This document shows positions 47,048 to 57,276 of a stretch of DNA of 64,000 nucleotides, one piece after another. The position numbers and the translations under genes were made by a program. The first letter of the stretch is position 1. Each line of letters begins with the position of its first letter. The DNA is from an uncultured Fibrobacterota bacterium. GTDB lineage: Bacteria > Fibrobacterota > Chitinivibrionia > Chitinivibrionales > FEN-1185. The notes beneath the pieces are model-generated. The model worked only from the letters and a program-made list of their open reading frames with translations. It searched no databases and was not told where the DNA came from. The stretch lies in contig CAVSQB010000028.1 of assembly GCA_963729895.1 (NCBI GenBank), forward strand, positions 1 to 64,000, written 5' to 3'.

Positions 47048-47180
47048 GGCAGGACTGGAGTAGTCCCGCCAAAACGGGATTGCCGGCCGCTCCCGCCGTC
47101 AGGCATAGGGGCGATCCGGCAACGAGGCCGATAGGCTGAGCCCGGAAGGAGGGCCGACCCCGCGACGCGGGGTAACGGCC
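47048..47180 (+). other. Unidentified multi-hairpin structured element (candidate ncRNA/leader)
   Basis: Hand-folded stems GGCAGGACT/AGTCCCGCC; TTGCCGG/CCGGCAA enclosing CGCTCC/GGGGCG and GCC/GGC; GGCCG/CGGCC enclosing GCCC/GGGC and CCCCGC/GCGGGG. Confidence 0.4.
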
Positions 47181-47226
47181 ATTTTAAGGGGACCTCTAAA
47201 AATTGCCTAATTTGCCCAATTAATGC

Positions 47227-47255
47227 TTGACAAAGGCTATTTCGTCAATTATTTT
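47227..47255 (+). promoter_or_regulatory. Possible sigma70 promoter for IS5 transposase
   Basis: TTGACA-17 bp-TATTTT, about 50 bp upstream of the ATG. Confidence 0.45.
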
Positions 47256-47305
47256 AATTCCAGACAACAAACCTGCGAACCCACTACCGTCTGGAGGATA
47301 TTGCG

Positions 47306-48325
47306 ATGGGACAGATAGGCCTTTTTGACCTTGAGAATCGCCTTTCCGAGCTTTCCGAAATGGGAGACCCTCTTGAAACCATCAATCGGGCCATACGTTG
47401 GAAGAGTTTTCGTCCTGTTATTGACAAGGCTTTTCGCAAGGAACGGAAGAGCAACGCCGGTCGTCCACCGTACGATTATATCCTGATGTTCAAGATTCTC
47501 GTGTTGCAGACGATGTATGGGCTTTCCGATGCGCAAACCCAGTTTCAGATTCTGGACCGATTGACGTTCAAACGGTTTCTTGAACTCACTTCCGAGGATA
47601 GCATTCCCGACGAGAAAACGGTCTGGTTGTTTCGGGAAACGCTGACACAAGCAGGCGTTGTCAAGAAGCTGTTTGACCTGTTCGGTCGTCAGTTGAACGA
47701 AGCGGGTTACACTGCCCAGAAAGGCCAAATAATAGATGCGAGTTTTGTCGAGGTACCTCGCCAGAGAAACACGCGGGAGGAGAATAAAGAAATCAAGAAC
47801 GGGGGCACGCCGCAGGAATGGGAAAAGCACCCTGAGAAACTTCGTCAGAAAGATGTTGATGCGCGATGGACGAAGAAGAACGATCAGACGTTTTTTGGCT
47901 ACAAGAACCATGCGTCGGTAGACGCGAAGCATAAAATCATTCGAGACTATGCGGCGACATCCGCAGAAGTGCACGACTCCAATATGCTTGAACCTCTCCT
48001 TAATCCTGAGAACACGAACGCGGACGTGTTTGCCGACAGCGCGTATCATTCGGAAAAGGCGGAACAAAGGCTTGATTATCTCTGGTACAGAAGCAAAATA
48101 TGTGTCAAAGGGACTCGTGGCGCACCATTGACGGAAGCACAATTGGCACAGAACCGGAAGAAATCCAAAGTCAGATCGCGTATAGAACATGTGTTTGCTC
48201 AAATAGAAATCATGTTTCGTGGCAGGATCAGGTGTATCGGGCGGCTGAGGGCCGCGGCGAAGATAGGACTCCTGAACCTGGTTTACAACATAAAACGCTT
48301 TGCATATCTTGAGTGCCACGCCTGA
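47306..48325 (+). CDS. IS5-family transposase
   Basis: GDPL, GRPPYD, YGLSD, PDEKTVW.FRE, IIDASFVEVPRQRN, D.DARWTKK, GYKNH, ADSAY, R.RIEHVF. Confidence 0.95.
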   Translation: MGQIGLFDLENRLSELSEMGDPLETINRAIRWKSFRPVIDKAFRKERKSNAGRPPYDYILMFKILVLQTMYGLSDAQTQFQILDRLTFKRFLELTSEDSIPDEKTVWLFRETLTQAGVVKKLFDLFGRQLNEAGYTAQKGQIIDASFVEVPRQRNTREENKEIKNGGTPQEWEKHPEKLRQKDVDARWTKKNDQTFFGYKNHASVDAKHKIIRDYAATSAEVHDSNMLEPLLNPENTNADVFADSAYHSEKAEQRLDYLWYRSKICVKGTRGAPLTEAQLAQNRKKSKVRSRIEHVFAQIEIMFRGRIRCIGRLRAAAKIGLLNLVYNIKRFAYLECHA

Positions 48326-48506
48326 AAAGCGGGACAGGACCGCACAAGGCCCCCAAAGGGACCGAAAAAAGAACAGTTTTGGGCACCTATCAGACAAATA
48401 GACGCCCTGACATCGCGAAATAATACTATCTGTCAACATGATCTTGGAATCTACTATTTTACAGAATTTTTAGAGGTCCCCTTAAGAAAGAATAAAAGAA
48501 ACCAGT

Positions 48507-51275
48507 ATGTCCCTCCCGGAAACCTCAAAAAACATCCAGAAATCCTTTGACAAAGGGAAGCTCAAGATTCACAATCTGCTTCCCTCGCTTGAGCGGACCT
48601 ACCTTGCCATCGGCTCCGTTATCGGCAAGTACCGCATCATCGAGGAGATCGACCGCGGAGGAATGGCGGTGGTGTACAAGGCCCTGCAGCTCGATCTCGA
48701 CCGCGAAGTGGCGCTCAAGGTGCTGCCGGCCAACATCACCATCAACCGGCGGTTCGTCGACCGCTTCCTGTCCGAGGCCCACGCGGTTGCCAAACTCACC
48801 CATCCGAGCATCGTGAACATCCACGAAGTGGCGGTGGAAAACAACGTGTACTACCTGGCCATGGATTACATCCCGGGCGTCAACCTCTACTACCACCTCA
48901 ACTACCAAAAGCCCAAGCTCATCGAGGTACTCGAAATCACGGCAAAGCTGGCCGACGCGCTCGGGTACGCGCACCGTCAGAAAATCGTGCATCGCGACCT
49001 CAAGCTCAACAACGTCATCATGAAAGACAACGTAACGCCCGTGCTCATCGACTTCGGGCTGGCAAAGGCGCTGGAGAGCGAGGAGGGCACCATCACCAAG
49101 ACGGGCGAGATCATGGGATCGCCCGCGTACATGGCGCCGGAGCGGCTGTTCGGCACCGGGTCCGACGCACGCAGCGACATCTGTTCGCTGGGGATTATGC
49201 TGTACGAGATGTTGACATTCAAGAACCCCTATCTCGACCCGCGCAGCATTCACCAGACGACCTTGAACGTGATAGAGGCTAACCCGATACCGCCCCGCAA
49301 GCTCGTGATGTGGCTGCCGCCGGAGATAGAGTCCATTACCCTCAAGGCCATGCACAAAGACCCGGACAAGCGCTACCAGACCATGGAAGAGTTTGCCGAG
49401 GACGTACGGCGGTATCAGCATGGCGAACCGGTGCTTGCCAACCCGCCCTCGCTATGGATAAAAGCGAAACATTTCCTCCGCCGGCGCTGGCCGTTTGTAT
49501 CCATTTTCTTCCTGCTCGCGCTCTTTGCCGGGGTATTCACGTATCTTGGCTACGCCCAGTCGAAAAAGGAACGGCCCTACTGGCAAATCATGTATCAGAA
49601 ACGTTTCGTCGGCCTTGCCATAGGCGACGAATGGTCGCAGTACCCGGGCGTGTCGGACAGGAACGAAGGCTGGTCTGTCAAGAACAACGAGCTCCTGTCG
49701 CCCGCCGGGCCGTCGTTCATCAGGCTCGACCGTCCCGTCACCCGCGATGCGCGCGTGGAATTTGACCTGCGGAGCGTTGGGAACAATTTCTACAACGCGG
49801 GGTTCTTCCTCTACGGTTCCAGCCCCGACTCGGGATACGGATTCCATCTGTTCCAAGGGCCATCTGCCGAGTGCGGGATTACGTTCCCGGGCGACACCTA
49901 CCTGTTTTCCGATTACAACCCGCTCGAACTTGTGCCGGCAAAGCGGTTCCACGTGACCATAGAGCGCAAGGAAAACGTGATCACCTTCAAACTCAACGAG
50001 ATGCTCATCGCCAGGATCTGCGACTTTTTTCCGCCGCTCGGCGCCGATCACCAGACAATGGGTTTCTTTGTGGACGGTTCGCGATGTGCAATTGAAAACA
50101 TTAGGATATACCGGTATGCCATTCCCATGATGCCGAGCCCCACGCTCATTGCGGACCGGTTCGCGGAGCGCGGCGCAATCGAGACCGCCATAGATGAATA
50201 CAACGAGCTGCTTATGGATTTTTCCACGCAGCCGATTGCCCAGGACATCGATCTACGGATTGCGGAGTGCTATATTCGTCTTGGCAAATACGACAAGGCC
50301 GAAGACGTCCTGAGGAGCCCGCAGCTCAAGTGGAACAACGAACAAACACGCTCAAGGGCGCTGTATCTCTCCGGCGTCATTGAGGAGCGGCGGGGCAATT
50401 CGCTGTCTGCCGACAGCGCCTTTCTGGCCATCGGAAGCGGTCCGGGTTCGAGCCTGCTGTTCGGGTCGGCAATGTTCACCGTGGCGCGGGAGATCGTCGG
50501 CTTGGTGAAGAAGGGTGACGAGGCCGCCGCCGAGCGCAAGCTCGTGTTCCTGACGCAGAAATTCCCGAAATACTCGCGGCTGTTCGGCAGGCTCCACCTT
50601 GCGGTCCTGGAGCAGTACATGGCGCAGGGTGCGGTGGACCGTGCGATCGAAACCGGACTTGCCATTATAAAGCTCCACGCTGAGGACAGCGAAATCATTT
50701 CTCTTGCAAAAGTAAAACTCAGCGAATTGTACATGGTCAAAAACAGAAGAGGGGCGGCGGTCGACTTGCTGAACCAGTGCATCGCCTCCTACGTGCCTAC
50801 CCAGGGACTATGGCTGGCCTGGATGGAGCTGGCGTCGATTTACGAGTACGACGCGAACTACACCGACGCCTACACCACCTACCGGAAAGTGTTCGAGGAT
50901 TGTCCCAAATCGCTGGTTATCGCCTGGCTCGCGCGGGTGAAGATGGGAGAGCTGGCCGACCGTGCCGCGAGCGCGGAGTTGCCAAAGGGGATTTTTGAAG
51001 ATGTGATAAGGAGCCCGCATCCGTTTGTGGTCCCGCGCATCATTGCGCAGTATTATCGCGGCCTGCTGACGAATGATGAGTTCAGGGCATGCTGGAATAC
51101 CCTGTATCCGGACGACAGCGGCTATCTCTTCTGTTTTGTTAAGAAGGCCGTATTCGACCGCCAATGGGAAAACGCCCGGGAATTTCTCGATGAACTCGAA
51201 GATGCTCTCCCGCAAGCCTCTTGGGAGCTTATGCAGGCGGCCGCGTATCAGGGGATCGTGCACAAGCATATGTGA
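48507..51275 (+). CDS. Hanks-type Ser/Thr protein kinase with TM segment, beta-rich extracytoplasmic domain and TPR-like repeats
   Basis: GGMAVVYKA, VALKVL, HRDLKLNN, DFGLAK, GSPAYMAPE. TM FVSIFFLLALFAGVFTYL; helical repeats at the C-terminus. Confidence 0.9.
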   Translation: MSLPETSKNIQKSFDKGKLKIHNLLPSLERTYLAIGSVIGKYRIIEEIDRGGMAVVYKALQLDLDREVALKVLPANITINRRFVDRFLSEAHAVAKLTHPSIVNIHEVAVENNVYYLAMDYIPGVNLYYHLNYQKPKLIEVLEITAKLADALGYAHRQKIVHRDLKLNNVIMKDNVTPVLIDFGLAKALESEEGTITKTGEIMGSPAYMAPERLFGTGSDARSDICSLGIMLYEMLTFKNPYLDPRSIHQTTLNVIEANPIPPRKLVMWLPPEIESITLKAMHKDPDKRYQTMEEFAEDVRRYQHGEPVLANPPSLWIKAKHFLRRRWPFVSIFFLLALFAGVFTYLGYAQSKKERPYWQIMYQKRFVGLAIGDEWSQYPGVSDRNEGWSVKNNELLSPAGPSFIRLDRPVTRDARVEFDLRSVGNNFYNAGFFLYGSSPDSGYGFHLFQGPSAECGITFPGDTYLFSDYNPLELVPAKRFHVTIERKENVITFKLNEMLIARICDFFPPLGADHQTMGFFVDGSRCAIENIRIYRYAIPMMPSPTLIADRFAERGAIETAIDEYNELLMDFSTQPIAQDIDLRIAECYIRLGKYDKAEDVLRSPQLKWNNEQTRSRALYLSGVIEERRGNSLSADSAFLAIGSGPGSSLLFGSAMFTVAREIVGLVKKGDEAAAERKLVFLTQKFPKYSRLFGRLHLAVLEQYMAQGAVDRAIETGLAIIKLHAEDSEIISLAKVKLSELYMVKNRRGAAVDLLNQCIASYVPTQGLWLAWMELASIYEYDANYTDAYTTYRKVFEDCPKSLVIAWLARVKMGELADRAASAELPKGIFEDVIRSPHPFVVPRIIAQYYRGLLTNDEFRACWNTLYPDDSGYLFCFVKKAVFDRQWENAREFLDELEDALPQASWELMQAAAYQGIVHKHM

Positions 51276-51479
51276 AGCAGGGTGTTTTTTGGCCTTTGGG
51301 AAAAAAGTCGCCACGGAGGCGCGGAGGGCACTCCTCGTCCACCGCGGCAAGGCATTCCTTTCCTTCGGTTCATTCCCGTACTTGGACAAAACCACTATTC
51401 CATAATAAAGGCTTGCTCCCTAAAATCGTCTTTGGTTATTTTATACGTTCTCTAGCAACCATAAACCCGTGTCAGGACA

Positions 51480-52355
51480 ATGTTTCGCGATTTTATTTCA
51501 GGCAAGAAATATGTAGACCTGCACATTCACACGAAGTTTTCAGACGGAACGCATCCGGTAGAGGAGATAGTGGAGGCCGCTTCGGTCAAGAAGCTCAAGG
51601 CCATTTCCATTACAGACCACGACTGCATCGATGCGTACCCGATTGCCCAGGATCTTGGCGCTACGTGCGGCATAGAAATCATCCCGGGCGTGGAACTTTC
51701 GAGCGAAATAAGCGGGTCGGATATCCACATACTTGGGTATTTTCTGGATATTCGCAACCCGCAGCTCATCACAAAGCTCGCCGAATTGAAAAAGGCTCGT
51801 TACAACCGCGCAGAAAGAATCGTTGAGAACTTGAACCGCCAGGGCGTTGACCTTCGTTTCGAGACCGTGCTTAACATTGCGGGAAACGCGTCGATCGGCC
51901 GGCCGCATATCGCAGCCGCGCTTCTCAAGGAGGAACTCGTGTACTCGTTCCGCGAGGCCTTCGACAAACTCATCGGCTACGATTCTCCGGCCTACGTTGA
52001 GAAACTCAGCATGCAGCCCGAAGAGGTCTTCCGTCTCATCCTCGGCGCGGGTGGCATCCCGGTGCTGGCGCACCCCGGCGTGACCAAAGTTGACGAACGC
52101 ATACCGCAGTTCATCCGCGAAGGGCTCCTGGGCATTGAGGTGTTTCACTCGGAACACGGCGACGCCGCAGAGCGCTTCTACCTCCAGTATTGCCGGAAGC
52201 ACGGCCTCGCCTACACCGGCGGGTCCGATTTCCATAACGGGAACCAGAGCAAGTCGGAAATCGGCGTTCCCAAGGTTCCCTACAGCGCCGTGGAAAGCCT
52301 CAGGGAGAAACTTGCCGGGCTCTCACCCTCGATTTCCCGCAACGCAACCGCATGA
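51480..52355 (+). CDS. PHP-domain phosphoesterase (TrpH/YciV-like)
   Basis: DLHIHT..SDG, ITDHD, GVELS, HILGY, GRPHIA, LAHP, TGGSDFH. Confidence 0.9.
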   Translation: MFRDFISGKKYVDLHIHTKFSDGTHPVEEIVEAASVKKLKAISITDHDCIDAYPIAQDLGATCGIEIIPGVELSSEISGSDIHILGYFLDIRNPQLITKLAELKKARYNRAERIVENLNRQGVDLRFETVLNIAGNASIGRPHIAAALLKEELVYSFREAFDKLIGYDSPAYVEKLSMQPEEVFRLILGAGGIPVLAHPGVTKVDERIPQFIREGLLGIEVFHSEHGDAAERFYLQYCRKHGLAYTGGSDFHNGNQSKSEIGVPKVPYSAVESLREKLAGLSPSISRNATA

Positions 52356-53428
52356 AGACAATACCGCTCATTCTTGCAGGCGGAAAGGGCGAACGGTTCT
52401 GGCCGCTCTCGCGTTCGTCGCGGCCCAAGCAGTTGCTCCCCTTGTTCGGGAAATCCACCATGATCGAGGAAACCCTGGCGCGCACCAGGGCCGCGTCGGG
52501 AGGCGGAAAGCCCCTGGTGATCACCGGCCGGCAGTGCGCCGCGGGAATAAGAAAAGCGCTTGCGGGAAGCGGCGCGTACGACTGCATCGTGGAGCCTGCG
52601 GGCAAAAACACCGCGCCCGCGATCGCACTGGCCGCCGCCTGGATGCGCAGGCGATACGGCGAAGCGGTGATGCTTGTCGCCTCCTCCGACCACGCCATTG
52701 CGCCGGTTGGCGCATATGTAAAGGCGGTGCGGGCGGCCGTCGCCGAGGCCGTGCGGTCGCCGGCCCTTGTAGTATTTGGTGTCCGACCCACGCGGCCCGA
52801 CGTTGGATACGGTTACATAAAGGTGGGAGAGCCGCTGCCGGGAATGCGCGGCGTCGACTGCTTTGTGGCACAAGGGTTCGTGGAAAAACCCGGCCCGCGC
52901 CTTGCGAGAAGGTACGTTGCGGCCAAAACCTATCTGTGGAACAGCGGCATGTTCGTGTGGAGAACATCGGTGATACTGGCCGAATTCGAGCGCAGCATGC
53001 CCGAATTGTACCGCCAGGCCTGCCGCGCAGAAAAGGCTGGCTTTACAAAAAGAGCAATCGAGAGGTTCTACGCGAACTGCGAGGCGCAATCCATCGACTA
53101 CGGCATCATGGAAAAATCGCACCGTATCGTTGCAGTGGCAGGGAGATTCTTCTGGGACGATATCGGTTCATGGGAGGCGATACGGCGCGTTCATCCGGGC
53201 AATAAGAAGGGAACGGCCGTCGTCGGTCGTTTGGTGTTCGAACGCGAGTGCACGGGTTCCATCGTGTACAATGCGTCGGGGCTCCATGTGGCGTCCCTTG
53301 GCCTCGATAACATTGTACTCGTGGTTACGTCCGACGCGGTTCTCGCGATTGCGCGGCCGCTATTACCTCAAATCAAGAAATATCTGGGAATGATGAAGGA
53401 CAGGAAGTTTCCGCGAAGCCTGTTCTGA
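52352..53428 (+). CDS. manC: Mannose-1-phosphate guanylyltransferase
   Basis: LAGG.G.RFWPLSR...[43 protein letters not shown]. Confidence 0.88.
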   Translation: MKTIPLILAGGKGERFWPLSRSSRPKQLLPLFGKSTMIEETLARTRAASGGGKPLVITGRQCAAGIRKALAGSGAYDCIVEPAGKNTAPAIALAAAWMRRRYGEAVMLVASSDHAIAPVGAYVKAVRAAVAEAVRSPALVVFGVRPTRPDVGYGYIKVGEPLPGMRGVDCFVAQGFVEKPGPRLARRYVAAKTYLWNSGMFVWRTSVILAEFERSMPELYRQACRAEKAGFTKRAIERFYANCEAQSIDYGIMEKSHRIVAVAGRFFWDDIGSWEAIRRVHPGNKKGTAVVGRLVFERECTGSIVYNASGLHVASLGLDNIVLVVTSDAVLAIARPLLPQIKKYLGMMKDRKFPRSLF

Positions 53429-53446
53429 TTTTCCCCGGTGCCCGCC

Positions 53447-54622
53447 ATGGAAGAAAAACCACTCTCCATACTGTTCCTTGCCGGCGACCCATCGGGCGAC
53501 GAGCATGCCGCGGCAATCATCCGCCGCCTGCACACGGTGCTGCCCGAGGCGCGGACGTTCGGCATAGGCGGGCCATGCATGAGGGCGCAGGGATTTGAGC
53601 AGCTCATGCCCTTTGAGCCGTTCAACCGCATGGGGTTTGCCGAAGTTCTTCTGCACCTGCCGTTTTTCCTGCGCGCCAAATCGTATCTTGTAAAGCAGCT
53701 TCGCGAGCGGAAACCGGCCGCGCTCGTGTGCGTCGATTTTCCGGGATTCAATATTCCGCTTATGAAAACGGCGAAACGAATGGCCATCCCGGTTATCTGG
53801 TATATTGTCCCGCAGGTATGGGCATGGAAGAAGAAGCGCGCCGCTGTCCTTGGCGCCAACGCGTCGTTTATTGCCGTTGTTTTTCCGTTCGAGGAGGCAT
53901 ATTTCAAACCGTTTGCTGCACCGGTTTCCTTTGTGGGGCATCCACTGGTGGAACTGCTCGGCGGAGCGTCCGTCGCAGGCGCAAAAGTCGCTGTTGACAG
54001 GAACGGGCCGATTGCCCTTGCTCTTGTGCCGGGAAGCAGGCATCAGGAAATCGTGCGCATGCTGCCGCCCATGATCGATGCGGCAATGATCCTCAGGCAA
54101 GCCTATCCGAAACTCACGGTGCGCCTTTCCAAATGCAGGGGACTTCCGGACAGCCTGTTTACTGCGCAGGCGGAACGGTTTACCAAGCGCTACCCCGGCA
54201 GCATCGAAGTGAGCGATGAACCCCTGTTCTCCCTCGTGTGCAAATGCGACTGCGCGATCGTGACCTCGGGAACGGCAACCCTCCAAACGGCGCTGTGCGG
54301 CGTGCCGCTGGTGATAGCCTACCGCACGTCCGCGGCCACCTTTTCCCTTATGAAAAGTATGGTGAAGCTGCCTTTTATCGGGCTGCCCAACATCGTGGCG
54401 GGCGAACGCATCGTTCCCGAATGCATTCAAGACGATGCATCGGGCCGCCGGCTCGCCGAGGAAATCGGCCGTTTTCTTGAATCGAAAGACTTGTACCAAT
54501 CAACCGCACAGAAACTCTCCGGGCTCAGGCAAAAGCTCGGCGGCAGGCGGCCGTCGGTTGAGGTGGCGGCCGCTATCCGTGACATCGTGATGCGCGGAGA
54601 ACAGGGACGCCATACGCCATGA
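53447..54622 (+). CDS. lpxB: Lipid-A-disaccharide synthase
   Basis: AGDPSGD.H, GIGG, MGF.EVL, VDFPGFN, PQVWAW, PFE, FVGHPL, PGSR..E, SGTATL, GLPNI. Confidence 0.95.
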   Translation: MEEKPLSILFLAGDPSGDEHAAAIIRRLHTVLPEARTFGIGGPCMRAQGFEQLMPFEPFNRMGFAEVLLHLPFFLRAKSYLVKQLRERKPAALVCVDFPGFNIPLMKTAKRMAIPVIWYIVPQVWAWKKKRAAVLGANASFIAVVFPFEEAYFKPFAAPVSFVGHPLVELLGGASVAGAKVAVDRNGPIALALVPGSRHQEIVRMLPPMIDAAMILRQAYPKLTVRLSKCRGLPDSLFTAQAERFTKRYPGSIEVSDEPLFSLVCKCDCAIVTSGTATLQTALCGVPLVIAYRTSAATFSLMKSMVKLPFIGLPNIVAGERIVPECIQDDASGRRLAEEIGRFLESKDLYQSTAQKLSGLRQKLGGRRPSVEVAAAIRDIVMRGEQGRHTP

Positions 54623-55848
54623 CCTCCAGCGCCCGCCGCGCCACGGTCGCAATTGTTAAATGCGGCACCTACGAGACTGGTGAAGTCCTTGCCGCGGTGC
54701 GCCGGGGCGTTGACCTGGTGGGCGGCATGTCGCAGTTTGTAAAGAGCGCCGAAACCATCCTCGTAAAGCCCAATGTTCTCGTGGGTGCTCCTCCGCACAG
54801 GTGTGTGACGACGCATCCTTCGGTATTCGGCGCCGTGTGCACGTGCCTCAAGGAAACGGGCTGCACCGTTACCTACGGTGATTCGCCGGGGCTTATTGAC
54901 GGCTGGGGCAGATGCGAACCGGCCCTGCGCAAGGCGGGGCTTGCGGCGGTTGCCGAGGAATTGGGCGTTTCGTGCGCCGATTTCGCGGCCGGCGTCCAAG
55001 TGAATAACACGGGCAAGGGTTCGCACCGGCTTTTTGTGATCGCTCAAGGCGTGCGCGCTGCCGACGGCGTGGTGAGCCTGCCCAAGCTCAAGACCCACGG
55101 GCTTACGCGGATGACCGGCGCTCTCAAGAACCAGTACGGGTGTGTGCCCGGAACCTACAAGGGCCAGTACCATGCGCGGGTGCCGAACGTGCATGACTTT
55201 TCGCGGCTCCTTGCGGACATTACCGCATTTGTAAAGCCACGGCTCTTTGTGATGGACGCGGTGATGGCCATGGAGGGAAACGGGCCCATGAACGGCAGCC
55301 CGCGCAAGGTGGGCGCACTACTCGTGTCGGCCGACCCCGTTGCCATGGATGCGGTGGCCTGCAGGCTCATCAACCTTGACCCGCGGTATGTTCCCGTTTT
55401 ACAACCGGGCCAGGATGCGGGGCTGGGCACGTGGGATGCCGGAAGCATCGACCTGGTGGGCGACGATATCGGCGACCTGGTGGTGCGCGATTTCAAGGTG
55501 ACTAGGTCGGCGCCGGTGTCTTTGCCCGAACAGGGCGTAACCCGTCTCATTCGGAACGCGATAGTCACCAAGCCCGTTATTTCACCGCCCGCGTGCACTC
55601 GGTGCGGCGCGTGCATGCGAGCCTGCCCGGTGCAGCCCAAGGCGCTTGCGTGGGGCACGGACGGGAACAAACGCCCGCCGCGTTACAAGTACGAAAGATG
55701 CATCCGGTGCTTCTGTTGCCACGAGATATGTCCCTCCGGTGCCATCACCATCCAAACGCCGCTGCTTGGGAGACTCCTGCCGTTCTTGTCGTATTTTTCA
55801 TTGGTATTTTCGAATATTCTTGCGAGGAGGGCGAAAGGAAGAGATTAA
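54619..55848 (+). CDS. DUF362 domain protein with C-terminal 2x[4Fe-4S] ferredoxin domain
   Basis: LVKPN, TTHP, GDSP, LPKLKTH, TGALKN.YG, MEGNGP, DPVAMD; CTRCGACMRACP and CIRCFCCHEICP. Confidence 0.9.
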   Translation: MTSSARRATVAIVKCGTYETGEVLAAVRRGVDLVGGMSQFVKSAETILVKPNVLVGAPPHRCVTTHPSVFGAVCTCLKETGCTVTYGDSPGLIDGWGRCEPALRKAGLAAVAEELGVSCADFAAGVQVNNTGKGSHRLFVIAQGVRAADGVVSLPKLKTHGLTRMTGALKNQYGCVPGTYKGQYHARVPNVHDFSRLLADITAFVKPRLFVMDAVMAMEGNGPMNGSPRKVGALLVSADPVAMDAVACRLINLDPRYVPVLQPGQDAGLGTWDAGSIDLVGDDIGDLVVRDFKVTRSAPVSLPEQGVTRLIRNAIVTKPVISPPACTRCGACMRACPVQPKALAWGTDGNKRPPRYKYERCIRCFCCHEICPSGAITIQTPLLGRLLPFLSYFSLVFSNILARRAKGRD

Positions 55849-55880
55849 GGGAACCTGTATCAATTTGTTTATTTGTCAAT

Positions 55881-56159
55881 GCCCCCCTCGAAGATTCCCC
55901 GAAGGGGGACTTATTGGAAGAATTTATTATGGGAATCTCCAAAAATTGTCTCGATGTCATTGCGAGGAGCGAAGCGACGCGGCAATCTCCGGTTCTCCAC
56001 TATAAAAACGCGAGATTGCTTCACTTCGTTCGCAATGACAACCCGCGTTTTTGAATATTTAGAGGTGCCCCTCCGGGATTAGGGGGCGAGCAAGAAGAGC
56101 TCACTTTTTGTGGGTTCGAATTACCAACAGCAGATTGCTTCGCTTCGCTCGCAATGACA
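55881..56159. repeat. Composite palindromic repeat cluster (REP-like arm + MITE-like insert + extra half-palindrome)
   Basis: 55897-55922 is identical to the reverse complement of 11385-11410. TGTCATTGCGA...GCAATCTC / GAGATTGC...TCGCAATGACA imperfect palindrome at 55955-56040; third half-copy at 56132-56159. Confidence 0.8.
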
Positions 56160-56225
56160 AGGTGGATTCGTCTCATCCAGAATCCTGAATCCGTCCTTGC
56201 ATCAACCTTTCAACCCCTCAACCTT

Positions 56226-57176
56226 TCAACTTCTCTCCGGCACAAGCTGATGAACGAGCGCGGCAACGCTGTCCGGCGTAATCTGCGCGAGGCAATTGTG
56301 GTGGCGGTGCTTGCAGGAGCGTTTGAAACAGGGTGAACAGCCGGTCTTTGCATGCGCGATACGGACCTTGTTTCCGAGCGGCCGTGTCCATGCGGGCGAC
56401 GTTGACCCGAATATTCCCACCACGGGCGTTCCCACGTAGCCGGCCAGATGCATAAGGCCCGAATCGTTTGCAACAACGACCTTGGCGCTCGAAATGATCC
56501 GCGCAGCTTCCACAAGGGACGTTGTGCCGCACAAGTTCTTGACGCGCTCGGGGGCAACGGACTCTATGGCCTCTGCAGCCTCGCCATCGCCGCTGTCGCC
56601 GAGAATCACGATTTCCCGTTCGGGAAGCAGTTCCGCCAGTTCGGGAAACCCGCCCCAGCGTTTTGCCGGCCCGTATTTGGAGCCGGGGCAGAACACGATG
56701 CGCCCGCCGTATTTTTCTGGTTTATCTACCTTGACGCCCTGCCAATACTCCGGTGGAACGAAGTCGGTCTCGAGCACGAGGGCGTATTCGTAGGTAAGAT
56801 GGCGCGAGGTGTCGCGCAGCGACCGCGGCAGGGCCTGGGTAAGCAGGCACGACCGCCCGTCGCTCGTGATGCCGCGCCGCCTCTTAATCCTTGTCAAATA
56901 TGAAAAAAGCCCGGACGAGAACGATGGCGGCAGCACGTACACCGTTTCGACCCCTTCTTTCTTTACGCGCGCAAGCGTGTCTCGGCGTTCCGTCCAGGAT
57001 TTTCGTTTGTAGGGAATGACGGGAAGGCCGCCCAGAAGACTGCACAGCGGTACAAGCGGAGGATGCACCAGGATCGTGACGCCGGCGTGCTGCATGGTGA
57101 TTTTTCGATGAATCACCGACAGGGCAAGTGTGCAGTCGCCCAGCCAATTCGGCATGATGATAAGTTCTTTGCCCAT
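56226..57176 (-). CDS. waaF: Lipopolysaccharide heptosyltransferase II (GT9)
   Basis: MPNWLGD, LP.SF.S, PGSKYGPAKRW, NLCGTTSL, ANDSGLMHLA, FGSTSP. Confidence 0.88.
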   Translation of the reverse strand: MGKELIIMPNWLGDCTLALSVIHRKITMQHAGVTILVHPPLVPLCSLLGGLPVIPYKRKSWTERRDTLARVKKEGVETVYVLPPSFSSGLFSYLTRIKRRRGITSDGRSCLLTQALPRSLRDTSRHLTYEYALVLETDFVPPEYWQGVKVDKPEKYGGRIVFCPGSKYGPAKRWGGFPELAELLPEREIVILGDSGDGEAAEAIESVAPERVKNLCGTTSLVEAARIISSAKVVVANDSGLMHLAGYVGTPVVGIFGSTSPAWTRPLGNKVRIAHAKTGCSPCFKRSCKHRHHNCLAQITPDSVAALVHQLVPERS

Positions 57177-57276
57177 TGCATCGGTCCCCGGCGCCGCCGA
57201 TATCGCAGCCGCCTTGAATAATATAATTCACACGATGATGGGTAAAAAGGGCCGGCGCCCATCGCAAGAATGCGGA

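Larger units (their letters stand above)
47188..48481 (+). mobile_element. IS5-family (IS5 group) element, 1294 bp, TTAA target duplication
   Basis: Perfect 17-bp TIR GGGGACCTCTAAAAATT. TTAA at 47184-47187 and 48482-48485. Confidence 0.95.

Noticed and set aside
46906..47139. 77-aa hydrophobic ORF between IS elements
   Set aside because: Weak start context, overlaps the structured element and has no family resemblance; cannot be supported as a gene.
56175..56230. Short 7-mer (GAATCC-type) and 8-mer (TCAACCYY) tandem repeats; also checked as CRISPR-like
   Set aside because: Only 3-4 degenerate units with no spacers; no CRISPR array or cas gene anywhere in the window.
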